A model generated the notes under the pieces. That model saw only the letters and a program-made list of their open reading frames with translations, was not told the DNA's origin and made no database searches. The translations under genes were made by a program, and so were the position numbers. From Candidatus Latescibacterota bacterium (GTDB lineage: Bacteria > Latescibacterota > UBA2968 > UBA8231), in assembly GCA_965208105.1 (NCBI GenBank), contig OZ242318.1, positions 128,001-192,000 of the forward strand: a stretch of 64,000 nt of DNA, given 5' to 3'. This document shows positions 9,283-18,770 of the stretch, piece by piece (the first letter of the stretch is position 1; each line of letters starts with the position of its first letter).

Positions 9283-10561
9283 TGCCGCGGGATTCCTCCT
9301 GACCTCTGATCAGGGCGGTCACTTCGGACGGGGTCTGGCAGTGGAGAAAGGCCTGGCGGGTCCGGTCCGAGCGCATGATGGTGGCGATCTGCGCCAGCAC
9401 CGGGATATAACTGCGGTAGTTCTGCTGCGGGGTCAGAATCAGGAAGATGAAGCGCACCGGGGTTGGCTGCGATTCCCCGAAATCTATGCCCTGCGGGCAT
9501 ATTCCAAGGCAGCCGATGATGCCGGGGAGGTCGGGGATGGGAGCGTGGGGGATGGCGATTTCGTGGCCCATGGCCGTCGAGGTCTTGCGTTCGCGCTGCA
9601 CCGCCGCGTCGAGTACCACCTGCCGCTGGGAAGCCGGCACCTGTCTTTCCTCGACCAGGGCATTCACCAGTTGAGTGATGGCGTCCCACTTGTCCTCGGC
9701 GCGAAGGTCGAGGCGAATGGTGTTGGCCCAGAAGATCTGGCTGAGCAGGGCCTTGTTGGGAATGGAGGAGCGCACCATGAGCACCGAGCTCGGAACCCGG
9801 TTGGCGATCTCGTCCGGAATGGAGCCGGCCAGATGCTCCTCCTGGCGCCAGTCGTTCGAGGCGCCGAGGACGACCAGGTCGTCGGCGCGGGCGGATTGGA
9901 CAATCGGGGAGAGGATGTCCCGGGCGGGGAGTACGGTGACGGGCACGTCGATTCCCAGGAGGTCGAGCTGCAGCTCGGTGTCATGGCGAAGCTGGCGGCA
10001 GTAGCGCTGCAGAATGGGATCGCCGCTGCTGTAGCCTGGGGCGCGGGCGATTCGCATGACCTCGATCTCGGCCTTCCATGCCCGGGCAAGCTCGTAGCCG
10101 ATCTGCAGACCCATGAGGGCGTGGCTGCCCCCTCCGGTGGGGACGAGGACGCGCTTCGCCGGCCGGAAGTTGCGGTCTTTGAAGATCAGGGTATCGAGGC
10201 GGATCTCCTTGGCCAGGGCACGATTGCGGGCGGCAAGGATGGCGACCTTCTCCACCTCGTGGTACCAGCCCATCACCATCATGTTGCACTTCCAGCGGTC
10301 CACGGCGGCCTTGATCCCATCGGTCACCGTCGAGGCTTCGACCAGGTGGGGAATGGCGTGGACCTCCTGCCCTGCCTGCACCCGCTTCATCTGCTGCAGA
10401 AGTTGCCCTGCATGCTCCTGGGAGGCGGACTCGGTGAGGATGTGGGTGAGGTGCAGCTCTCCCTTGCGGGTCAGGGCCAGAGTGGCTGCAAAGCGCACCA
10501 GGCCCTCTTCCGATCCGGGTTTTTCCAACGGCACCAGGATGCGAAGATCGGTGGGTGGCAT
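9266..10561 (-). CDS. Tandem universal-stress-protein domains fused to a PTS EIIA (Ntr/Fru-type) domain
   Basis: RILVPL and RVLVPTGGG..DLVVLGAS..GSIPDEIA (USP); C-terminal RE..STAMGHEIAIPHA..GIDF..PVRFIFLIL (EIIA with phospho-His). Start set at ATG 10561. Confidence 0.8.
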   Translation of the reverse strand: MPPTDLRILVPLEKPGSEEGLVRFAATLALTRKGELHLTHILTESASQEHAGQLLQQMKRVQAGQEVHAIPHLVEASTVTDGIKAAVDRWKCNMMVMGWYHEVEKVAILAARNRALAKEIRLDTLIFKDRNFRPAKRVLVPTGGGSHALMGLQIGYELARAWKAEIEVMRIARAPGYSSGDPILQRYCRQLRHDTELQLDLLGIDVPVTVLPARDILSPIVQSARADDLVVLGASNDWRQEEHLAGSIPDEIANRVPSSVLMVRSSIPNKALLSQIFWANTIRLDLRAEDKWDAITQLVNALVEERQVPASQRQVVLDAAVQRERKTSTAMGHEIAIPHAPIPDLPGIIGCLGICPQGIDFGESQPTPVRFIFLILTPQQNYRSYIPVLAQIATIMRSDRTRQAFLHCQTPSEVTALIRGQEESRGNALRR

Positions 10562-10848
10562 AAGGTTCGAAAGGAAGATACCGCGGGGAGCAGGAATTGT
10601 CCCAGGGGAGATTCCACACGAGGGACCACTACAACCAAAATAATATCCCGGTGAAAAAATTACCAGCATTGTGATGGGGTTGAAGACCGGGGTCGGCTCC
10701 CCGAGGCGCTGTTTCCTCAACCGGCCTGGTCACGGCGGCACCGACGGTTCCGGGGATCGCCTCCGCAGGTGCTTGACCACCCCGACTCATACCCCATTTT
10801 CTGGAAGCGTCGGGGGACGGATCCCGCTTCCGGGGATGGAGGTAGATC

Positions 10849-12990
10849 GTGAATCCTGTTCTGGAGAACGAGCGCGTCCGGGTGGAATTCGAGGAAATCC
10901 ACGGAACGGTGGTCTCCTGCATCCACGAAGGCCACGGCAGGGATCTGGTCGGCGAGCCGCGCCTGGCGCAAAACTGGCGTCTGATGCTCAAGATGCCCGC
11001 CGGAGCAACCTACCTGGATGCCGGCGGGCAAACCCTCGACGACTGGGAGGTGGATGCTGGTTCCGCGGTCCTGCAGTGGCGCAAACTGGCGGCGCCCGAG
11101 GAAACCCTCGACATCTCCCTGCGCCAGGAGATCGAGCTGCAGGGCGACACCCTCACCGCGCGGCTTCACCTCTGCAACGATACCCCGTACTCCATCGAAG
11201 AGGTCTACCCCTTCTGCATCGGGGGCATGGCCAACTGGGAGGAGCAGGACGACTGGTACCTGTGCTGGCCGGGACTGGTCTGGGGCGGGGAGGAGTTCGC
11301 CTTCTATCGCGAGTTCCCCGGCAGCTACATCGGCCCCGCCAAGCCTGCCTTTGCCTTCACCTATCCGGGCACTTCCGTCGATTACTGGCAACAGAACCTG
11401 TCCATGTCCTGGACCACCCTGTACAACAAGCGGACGGGTCAGGCGGTCTACTTCGGCAACCACAATCCCGAGGTCGCCTTTTCCGCCTTCTGGGGCGAGT
11501 TGAGTCCCTCCGCCAGCTACGCCAACCCGCGCGGGCGCTGGGGTCCGCAGCTGTGGCCGCACCCCGGCCAGAGCGCCGGCGAGGCGGCGATCGGAGCATC
11601 CCTGGGCTGGGTGTTCTTCCCTTTCCTGCGTGGACCCGGCACCTACGCGAGTCCTCCGGTGGTCCTCGACTTTCACGCCGGCGGCTGGTGGGAGTCCGCG
11701 CGGCGCTACCGCCGCTGGTTCAACGACAACGTCGCCCGCATGGAATTCGACCCCGGCGGAATGGCGCAATGGGACGCCTGGCAGGCCACCTTCATGGACA
11801 CGCCCGAAGGCCGGGTGCGCCACCGCTTCGCCGATCTGCCCCGCCTCGCCGCCGAGGCCAGGGAGGCCGGAATCCACGTCATCCAGGTCAGCGGCTGGCA
11901 CGCCGGCGGCGTCGACTGCAACTACCCTATGATGTCCGAGCCGGAGCCGAGGCTGGGCACGCGCGAGGAGCTCGCCAGGGCGATCGAGCAATGCCAGGAA
12001 ATGGGGGTAACGGTGCTGATCTGGGCCAACGCCAACCAGATGAACCTGGAAACCGACTGGTACAAGGAAGAGTTGCACCGCTATGCCATCCGCAATCCCC
12101 ACGGCGACCCGCAGATGCCCCTGGGCTACGGCTTCGACAGCCTGCTCCACCTCATGGGCTACGCGGTGCCGCGCATGGTGGCCGGAAATATGGCCCATCC
12201 CCGCTTGCGGAGCATCATCCTGGCGGAGTGGGAGAAGGTGCACGCCCTCGGCGCGGGGGCCTTCCTCATCGACAAGGTCATCAGCGGCGAGCCCTATCAC
12301 CTGGATTTCAACCCGGACGCCCCGGGCCGCATCGAGTCCAGCGCGCACCAGAGCCTCCTTGACGCGGTCGCCGCTTTCTCCAGGCGGCTCAGGGAGGACG
12401 GGGTCCCGGTGGCCCTCGAGACGGGCTGGGACCGGATGATGCCGCACTGCAGCGCTCTCTACACGAGGTACTTCGGGCAGGACCACATTCCGGTGCAGGA
12501 GGTGGTCTTTCCGGAGGTCAAACCGAGCTGCTGCCTGGGAGGGGACTTCGACTTCGGCCTGGTCAACAAATGCCTGCGCTTCGGCCACATCATGGTCATA
12601 GAGGGGATAAACAAGGGGGGAAGCATCGCCGACTTCGAGTACCTGCAACCCTACGTCAAGGAGGCGCTCCGCCTGCGCCGGGAGCTGGCGGACAACATCT
12701 GGTGGTCGGAGGTGATCGAGCAGGACGTCGCCGAGGTCAGGCACGACGGCGCGGTCTTCGCGGGGGCGCACCGGTCGCGGCGGCAAAGACCGGCTTCGGG
12801 GTCTGCGCTCGCACTGGTGCTGCAGCACTACCAGCGCGGCTCGGAACGGGTGGAGATTTCCTTCAACGATCCCCGCTGGAAGACCGCCTTGCTCTACCGC
12901 CCCTTCGCCGAGCCGGAAAAGGCATCCCTTCCCCTGACGACCGAAATTCCCCAGGATCGCGTCCTCGTCGTTATCCCGCAGCGGGACTGA
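10849..12990 (+). CDS. Putative glycoside hydrolase (DUF6259-like, beta-sandwich plus TIM barrel)
   Basis: GTG start with GGAGG RBS; Trp/Tyr-rich; GWHAGGVDCNYP...LGTREELARAI...GV pattern. Confidence 0.55.
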   Translation: MNPVLENERVRVEFEEIHGTVVSCIHEGHGRDLVGEPRLAQNWRLMLKMPAGATYLDAGGQTLDDWEVDAGSAVLQWRKLAAPEETLDISLRQEIELQGDTLTARLHLCNDTPYSIEEVYPFCIGGMANWEEQDDWYLCWPGLVWGGEEFAFYREFPGSYIGPAKPAFAFTYPGTSVDYWQQNLSMSWTTLYNKRTGQAVYFGNHNPEVAFSAFWGELSPSASYANPRGRWGPQLWPHPGQSAGEAAIGASLGWVFFPFLRGPGTYASPPVVLDFHAGGWWESARRYRRWFNDNVARMEFDPGGMAQWDAWQATFMDTPEGRVRHRFADLPRLAAEAREAGIHVIQVSGWHAGGVDCNYPMMSEPEPRLGTREELARAIEQCQEMGVTVLIWANANQMNLETDWYKEELHRYAIRNPHGDPQMPLGYGFDSLLHLMGYAVPRMVAGNMAHPRLRSIILAEWEKVHALGAGAFLIDKVISGEPYHLDFNPDAPGRIESSAHQSLLDAVAAFSRRLREDGVPVALETGWDRMMPHCSALYTRYFGQDHIPVQEVVFPEVKPSCCLGGDFDFGLVNKCLRFGHIMVIEGINKGGSIADFEYLQPYVKEALRLRRELADNIWWSEVIEQDVAEVRHDGAVFAGAHRSRRQRPASGSALALVLQHYQRGSERVEISFNDPRWKTALLYRPFAEPEKASLPLTTEIPQDRVLVVIPQRD

Positions 12991-13077
12991 TGCAGGTAAG
13001 CCACCTGGGCCGGCAATTTTGCAGGCTGCCTCGATACACCTGGCTACTACCCATCAACCCAAGGAGGATTCCATTCC

Positions 13078-14547
13078 ATGAGCCCGAAATCCAGCCTGGC
13101 GCCCGCCGGTCTGGCAGTCATTTTGTGTCTGGCCGCGCCCTCCACCGCCCGGGAGGTTGCTGTGTTCACGGTGCCGTTGGGGGAACGGCAGCTTTTCCTC
13201 GACGATGCCGGCATAGCGCAGATGGAGGGCCTCATCCGCACCATGCACCAGCCGGTGAAGAAAGGAGCGGTGATCCGGCCCGACTACCTGGAGCGCGGCG
13301 AACATCATCTCCAGACTCGCAATGCGCCGAACTGGGACCGCGAGCGGCAGGTCTTCAGGTTCCTGCTGACCGGGACCTCAGGGAGGCAGAGCATCTCGAC
13401 CGTCTGGGAGAGCCGGGACGGCCTGCACTGGACTCGGGCGGGAAGGTCGGACATGGTAATCTACGCCGTGGTCTACGACCCCACCGATCCCGATCCCGCG
13501 CGCCGCTACAAGTCGGTCTCTCCGCGCCGTGTCGCCGTATCCCCCGACATGCTCACCTGGACCTCGCTGGGCAATCCCAGGATTCCCGCAAGCGACGAAT
13601 ACAACCTCTCCTTCGACGAGAAGGGCGGGCTCTTCATACTGACCGTGAAGAGAGGTGGCCCCTACGGACGATCCCACGCCCTCCTCACCAACGAGAACCC
13701 GGAGAACTTCGAGGAGTGGAAGGACCACGGGCTGCTCTTTCACGCCGACGCCCGAGACCAGGAGGAAGGGCGCGATGCGATCAAGGCGCTGATGGTGGAA
13801 CTGGTTGCCGACCCCAGGCTGGAGCAGACCGATTTCTACGCCGAGGGCAACTATGTCGTCGACATCTACAACACACCTGTCTTCCGCTATGAGAGCCACT
13901 ACCTGGCGCTGCCGGCCATACATCCCTCCATCACCATGGACCTGAACGATCCCAGCGACAACATCGCCTTCAAGATCCCCCAGCTCATGTGCAGCCGCGA
14001 CCTGAGCCAGTGGAGGAGACTGGGCGACCGCCAGGACTTCATCGGCCTGTCCCGCACCGAGAGCGGCGCCTATGACCTGTGCGTGGCTTTCCCCCCTTCG
14101 AGCCCGGTTGTCCGCGGCGACGAGCTCTGGTTCTACTATGAGGGAGTCACGGATATCGGCTGGCCTCCCAAGACCGGGTTTGACCTGGAGCGCAGGGACT
14201 GGAAGCACTACCGGCCGGACCGCGGCGCCATCTGCCTGGCCGTGCTGCGCCGGGACGGATTCATCTCCCTTGACGCGGGGGAAAGAACAGGCCTGGTCCT
14301 TACCCGGCCATTCACCGTTCCCGGCCCCAGCCTTCGGCTCAACGCCGACGCCTGGGAAGGAGAGGTGCGCGTCGAGGTGATCGCCGAGGACGGAAGGATA
14401 GCGGCGCGCTCGGAGCCGGTTTTGGGGGACCAGCCCGCCACCGAGGTGGTATGGCAGGAGGGAAACATCTCCGGCCTCGAGTCGAGGACGGTGCAACTGC
14501 GCTTCGAATTGCGCCAAGCCAGGCTTTACGCCTTTTGGTTCGAGTGA
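13078..14547 (+). CDS. Exported five-bladed beta-propeller glycosidase-like protein
   Basis: AGGAGG RBS, signal peptide, ERQLFLDD, ESRDGLHW and SRDLSQW repeats, DELWFYY, LRRDGFISL and C-terminal beta-sandwich. Confidence 0.6.
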   Translation: MSPKSSLAPAGLAVILCLAAPSTAREVAVFTVPLGERQLFLDDAGIAQMEGLIRTMHQPVKKGAVIRPDYLERGEHHLQTRNAPNWDRERQVFRFLLTGTSGRQSISTVWESRDGLHWTRAGRSDMVIYAVVYDPTDPDPARRYKSVSPRRVAVSPDMLTWTSLGNPRIPASDEYNLSFDEKGGLFILTVKRGGPYGRSHALLTNENPENFEEWKDHGLLFHADARDQEEGRDAIKALMVELVADPRLEQTDFYAEGNYVVDIYNTPVFRYESHYLALPAIHPSITMDLNDPSDNIAFKIPQLMCSRDLSQWRRLGDRQDFIGLSRTESGAYDLCVAFPPSSPVVRGDELWFYYEGVTDIGWPPKTGFDLERRDWKHYRPDRGAICLAVLRRDGFISLDAGERTGLVLTRPFTVPGPSLRLNADAWEGEVRVEVIAEDGRIAARSEPVLGDQPATEVVWQEGNISGLESRTVQLRFELRQARLYAFWFE

Positions 14548-14579
14548 TCGACTAGGCGGAGACCGGTTTTTCGGATCTG

Positions 14580-14746
14580 CTAGTGCCTGCTTGCGTAAGT
14601 AAGCGTACGAACGAGGTCGCAGAAGCGCCCGGCTCGCCAGGCGCCTGAGCGAGTCGTACCTGGAGTGTACGGCGAGGGAGGGCAACGCCGCGAGCCGGGA
14701 TGCAGCGGCGGCCGAATTCACGCGGAATTGCGCAAGCAGGCACTAG
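14580..14746. mobile_element. 167-bp CTAG-flanked fold-back element with the same core but different TIRs
   Basis: Perfect 16-bp TIR CTAGTGCCTGCTTGCG / CGCAAGCAGGCACTAG; core AGGCGCCTGAGCGAGTCGTACC..GTGTACGGCGAG..GGCAACGCCG.GAGCCGGGATG shared with copies A-C. Confidence 0.85.
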
Positions 14747-15717
14747 AATCCTTCCTTCTTGTCGCAGACGTAGAGGAAGGGCTCTCCGGCGAGATATCTC
14801 CGCAGGTTCTCCTTGAAGGCCTCGCGCCGGCCGATGTAGAGGCTGGGGGTGAAGGCCGAGGCGTGCGGCGAGAGCAGGATATTGGGAGTGTCCCACAGGG
14901 GGCTGTCGGGGGCCGGAGGCTCCTTCTCGGTGGCGTCGATGCCCGCGCCCGCCAGGTCTCCGGAGCGCACGGCCCGGCCCAGCGCCTCCTCGTCGACGAT
15001 GCCGCCGCGGGAGATGACGATGAGGTGGGCGGAGCTCTTCATCAGGCCGATGCGGCGGCGGTCGATCAGTCCCCGCGTCTCGGCCGTGCGGGGGGCGGTC
15101 ACCACGAACCAGTCGGACATTTCCAGCAACTGGTCCAGCCGGTCCAGGCCCCAGACCTCCCTGGCGTGGGGGGAGGGCCTGGGGAACTTGTCCACCGCAT
15201 AGACTTCCATTTCGAAGCCACTCGCCCGCCTGGCCACCCTCTGACCGATGTTGCCGAAGCCCAGGATTCCGAGGACCTGGCCCTCCAGGTCGATCTGCCT
15301 CCAGGGGTAGTCGAAGGTGCGCCACTGCCTCGTCTTCTGCTGGCCCAGCATCTCGTGCAGCTTCTGGGCGAGGACGGTTATGAAGGCGAAGACATGGGTC
15401 GCCATGGGGCTCACGTGGGGTTCGCGGGCGTTGGTGACGGGGATGTCGCTGGCGGCGATCTCCGGAACGCGGAGGACCCCGTCGATCCCCGTACCGGGAC
15501 AGTGGATCCACTTGAGGCGGGGGGCCGCCAGAAAGAACTCGCGCGAAGGCCAGCCGCAGAAGATCTCGGCCTCGGACGCGGCGGCCAGCTCCTCTTCGTC
15601 GGTCTCGCACCAGGCGAAATCGACTCCGGGAAAGGTGGCCTCCAGGTCCCTGATCACCACGTCGTCGGGCTCGCCCGGTCCGACCCCACCGCCCATGGGT
15701 GTAACGATGACTTTCAT
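14743..15717 (-). CDS. D-2-hydroxyacid dehydrogenase
   Basis: LGILGFGNIG, ISRGGIVDE, GAGID..E.EP, LLSPH; ATG 15717 with AAAGGGGA RBS. Confidence 0.93.
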   Translation of the reverse strand: MKVIVTPMGGGVGPGEPDDVVIRDLEATFPGVDFAWCETDEEELAAASEAEIFCGWPSREFFLAAPRLKWIHCPGTGIDGVLRVPEIAASDIPVTNAREPHVSPMATHVFAFITVLAQKLHEMLGQQKTRQWRTFDYPWRQIDLEGQVLGILGFGNIGQRVARRASGFEMEVYAVDKFPRPSPHAREVWGLDRLDQLLEMSDWFVVTAPRTAETRGLIDRRRIGLMKSSAHLIVISRGGIVDEEALGRAVRSGDLAGAGIDATEKEPPAPDSPLWDTPNILLSPHASAFTPSLYIGRREAFKENLRRYLAGEPFLYVCDKKEGF

Positions 15718-15883
15718 CCGGAAGTCCCCTTTCTCGAGACGTTGCCGTTGTCTTCCGCGGCTCCCGACTCGGGGTGGTTGGTGGAAGAATCGACCGCGAA
15801 GGCCGCAATGACCCACAGCCTCGGATGAGTTGGGCAATCACCGAGGGACTTGCCGCCTCCGCACCTGAGTCTTCGCGGTCAGG

Positions 15884-15912
15884 ATAATATGGCCACGGGG
15901 AGGCAGCGGCAA
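15884..15912 (-). promoter_or_regulatory. Putative sigma70 promoter ahead of a structured leader
   Basis: Minus strand TTGCCG-17 nt-TATTAT, directly before an 89-nt fold-back (15792-15880). Confidence 0.5.
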
Positions 15913-16144
15913 CAGGGCAGGGGCAGTGCGGGACAGATGGGCGGGCGGTCGTCAGCACAGGACTGGGCCAACGGGTCTCAGACGCCAGGTCCGTTCTCCC
16001 GGTGGTTGACCGCTGCTGAAATGCCTGCTTATACTTCCTCCTCCTTGCGCTGGTATCATGGGCCGCAGGTGGTCTTTCGCGGCGCTGAATCCTGTGGCGA
16101 CAAACCATCGCGGACCACGCCGTTCCGCTGGGAGGAAGAAAGAT

Positions 16145-17542
16145 ATGGACGACTCACTGGACCAATTGCTGGCCGGGCTGATATTCACCTCCCGCGAGCT
16201 GCGCTCCAACCTGGAGACCCTCTGCGACGACCTGGGCAGCCGCTTCGCCGGCACCAGGGAGGAGGAGCAGGCCTCGCAATTCCTGCTGGACAAGCTGCGC
16301 CAATACGGGTTGACCGGGGTGCACGCCGAGGAGTTCGAGTACCACGGGTGGACCCGCGGGCAGGCGCGGCTGCAGGTGATCGAGCCCTGGCAGCGGGAGC
16401 TGACCTGTCTCTCCCTGCCCATGTCCCCTCCAGGATCGGTGCGGGGAAGAATCGTCGATCTGGACCGCGGCGCGCCGGAGGATTTCGACGCCGAATCCGC
16501 GCGGCTGCGGGGAAACATCGCCCTGGTGAACATCGCCAATCCGGTCTCCGCCGGGCGCTGGGTGCAGCGCATCGAGAAGTACAACCGCGCCGTTCTCGCC
16601 GGTGCCGGCGCGTTCATCTTCATGGGCAACGAGGAAGGCTACGGGCCGGTTACCGGGGCCCTCGGATTCAACCGCTGGGGGCTGATCCCTGGGATCGCCG
16701 TAAGCCGGGAGACGGGCTTGCTGCTGCGCCGCCTGCTGCGCCGCGGCGAGGTGGAGGTGGAGGTCGAGACCACCGACCGGCTCTCCCGCAAAACCTCGTG
16801 GAACCTGATCGGCGATATCGCCCCTGCTGGTGAGGAGGCTGATCCCAGCGTGATTTTCGGATGCCACTACGACGGTCACGACCTCGCCCAGGGAGCCCAA
16901 GATCCCATCTCGGGACTGGTGGCGACCCTGGAGGCGGCGCGGGCCCTGACCGCGCACCGGGACCGCCTTAAAAGACCGCTGCGGGTGATCCTGTTCGGGG
17001 TCGAGGAGCTGGGCCTTATCGGGGCCCATGCCTACGTCGACGCCCACCAGGAGCAGCTGGACCATGTGCGCTTCATGCTCAACCTGGACGCCTCTGGAGG
17101 ACCCCCGCCGCGGGCCCTGTTCCTCTACGGCCAGGATACCCGTCCCTACTTTCGCGCCCTCGCCTCGGAGTTCGACGAGGACCTCATCGTCGACATGGAC
17201 CGCTCGCCGCTGCGCGAGCCCGAGCACATCTCCGCCGACCACTATCCGTTCATGGCCGCCGGGGTTCCCAGCTCCTTCCTGCGCGACCCGGGGTTCAGCA
17301 TCTCCGCCGGGTTCTACCACACCGCCCACGATACGGTGGACAAGCTTCGCCTGACGGATATCAGGGAGGCCGCCTTTCTCGCCGCGAGGCTGATGTGGCG
17401 CGTGGCCAACGAGGACCGCTGGCCCTTCTCCAGGACTCCCGCGGAGGAGCGCCTCAGGTTGCAGCGCGAGTACGACCGCCTGGAGGTGCGCCGGGTCGAG
17501 TCGGAGGTGGAGAAACTGCGCGCCGGCAAGATGGAGAAATAG
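16145..17542 (+). CDS. M28 family aminopeptidase with PA domain
   Basis: GSRFAGT, GCHYD, GAQDPISG, FGVEELGLIG, NLD, ADHYPF, YHTAHDTVDKL; GGAGG RBS. Confidence 0.9.
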   Translation: MDDSLDQLLAGLIFTSRELRSNLETLCDDLGSRFAGTREEEQASQFLLDKLRQYGLTGVHAEEFEYHGWTRGQARLQVIEPWQRELTCLSLPMSPPGSVRGRIVDLDRGAPEDFDAESARLRGNIALVNIANPVSAGRWVQRIEKYNRAVLAGAGAFIFMGNEEGYGPVTGALGFNRWGLIPGIAVSRETGLLLRRLLRRGEVEVEVETTDRLSRKTSWNLIGDIAPAGEEADPSVIFGCHYDGHDLAQGAQDPISGLVATLEAARALTAHRDRLKRPLRVILFGVEELGLIGAHAYVDAHQEQLDHVRFMLNLDASGGPPPRALFLYGQDTRPYFRALASEFDEDLIVDMDRSPLREPEHISADHYPFMAAGVPSSFLRDPGFSISAGFYHTAHDTVDKLRLTDIREAAFLAARLMWRVANEDRWPFSRTPAEERLRLQREYDRLEVRRVESEVEKLRAGKMEK

Positions 17543-17576
17543 TTCTGGAGGGACCCAACCCTGGGACAGCCTTGAA

Positions 17577-18767
17577 CTATGGACCGCCGAATACCAGGTG
17601 GGAGCGGAGGTAGTCGAGGTTGATTTCGGCCCCCAGACCGGGACCCTCGGGAACGGTCAGGCGGCCGCTGCGGATGTCCAGGCCGGGCTCGATCAAGGCG
17701 CTATAGGCGCTGAGCTCGTAGCGCGAGGTCTCCAGCTTGTAGAAGTTCGGCGTCGTCATCATCACGTGAGCCCCGGCCAGAATGTTTATGGGGCCGCCGG
17801 CGTCGTGGGGCGACACCGGGACGTAGTAGGCCTCCGCCATGGCGGCGATCTTCCTGAGCTCGGAGATGCCGCCGGTCCAGGTCACGTCCGGCATGATGAA
17901 GTCGGCCAGCCCCTTCTCCAGGATGGGGACGAACTCCCAGCGCGTGTGGAGCCGCTCGCCCACCGAGATCTTCACCCCGACCTCCTTGCGCACCTGCTCC
18001 AGGGCGCGATGGCTCTCCACCGGCACCGGCTCCTCGAACCAGTGGATGTCGTGCCTGGCCAGCCTGTTGGCCAGCTCGATGGCGGTGGGGACGTTGTACA
18101 TGCCGTGGGCGTCGACGAGGATCTCGATGTCGGGCCCCACGGCCTCGCGCACCGCTGCGACGATCTCGTCGGCGGTGGCCATGCCCTCCCTGCTCAACTG
18201 TCCGTCGATGTATCCCCCGTGATTCCCGGGAATGAAGCGCATCATCGGGTCGAACTTGAAGGCTTCGTAGCCTGCGTCGACGATCTGCCGGGCGTCGGCG
18301 ATGGCGTCGGGCACCGTGCGGGGTTCGGGAGGATGGGTGTAGAGGGCGATGCTGTCCCTTACCTTGCCCCCGAGAAGCTGGTATATGGGAAGCCCCAGCT
18401 CCTTGCCGCGGATGTCCCAGAGGGCGATGTCGATGGCGCTGATGAGAGCGGAGGTGGCTCCCCTGGAGCCCATGTAGGTGAAGGAGCGAAAGGTCCTGTG
18501 CCACAGGCGCTCGATCTGGTCGGCGTCCTCGCCGGCCAGAAAGTCGCCGGCCTGGGCGATCATCGCCGCGATGGCGCGGTTCGCCACCGGTCCGGGATAG
18601 GTGGTCACCTCTCCCCAGCCGGTGATCCCGGCGTCGGTATCTACCTGGACCAGCACGAGCTGGCGGTCCCCGGTCACCCGCTCCTGCTCAGCTCCAATGC
18701 GCATCTCCCATGGGAAGCTGATGACCCAGGGGGTAACCTTGCTGATCCTGATGGCATTTCCGCCCAT
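17577..18767 (-). CDS. Mandelate racemase/muconate lactonizing enzyme family (galactonate dehydratase-like)
   Basis: TDAGITGWGE, AIDIALWDIRGK, KFD, VDAH, WFEEP, GER, PDVTWTGGISE, SPH. Confidence 0.92.
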   Translation of the reverse strand: MGGNAIRISKVTPWVISFPWEMRIGAEQERVTGDRQLVLVQVDTDAGITGWGEVTTYPGPVANRAIAAMIAQAGDFLAGEDADQIERLWHRTFRSFTYMGSRGATSALISAIDIALWDIRGKELGLPIYQLLGGKVRDSIALYTHPPEPRTVPDAIADARQIVDAGYEAFKFDPMMRFIPGNHGGYIDGQLSREGMATADEIVAAVREAVGPDIEILVDAHGMYNVPTAIELANRLARHDIHWFEEPVPVESHRALEQVRKEVGVKISVGERLHTRWEFVPILEKGLADFIMPDVTWTGGISELRKIAAMAEAYYVPVSPHDAGGPINILAGAHVMMTTPNFYKLETSRYELSAYSALIEPGLDIRSGRLTVPEGPGLGAEINLDYLRSHLVFGGP

Positions 18768-18770
18768 TTC

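Noticed and set aside
8108-14562. CTAGGCGGAGA occurs shortly before two repeat copies (8108 and 14552)
   Set aside because: Only 11 bp, at different distances from the elements and without further similarity; cannot be distinguished from chance.
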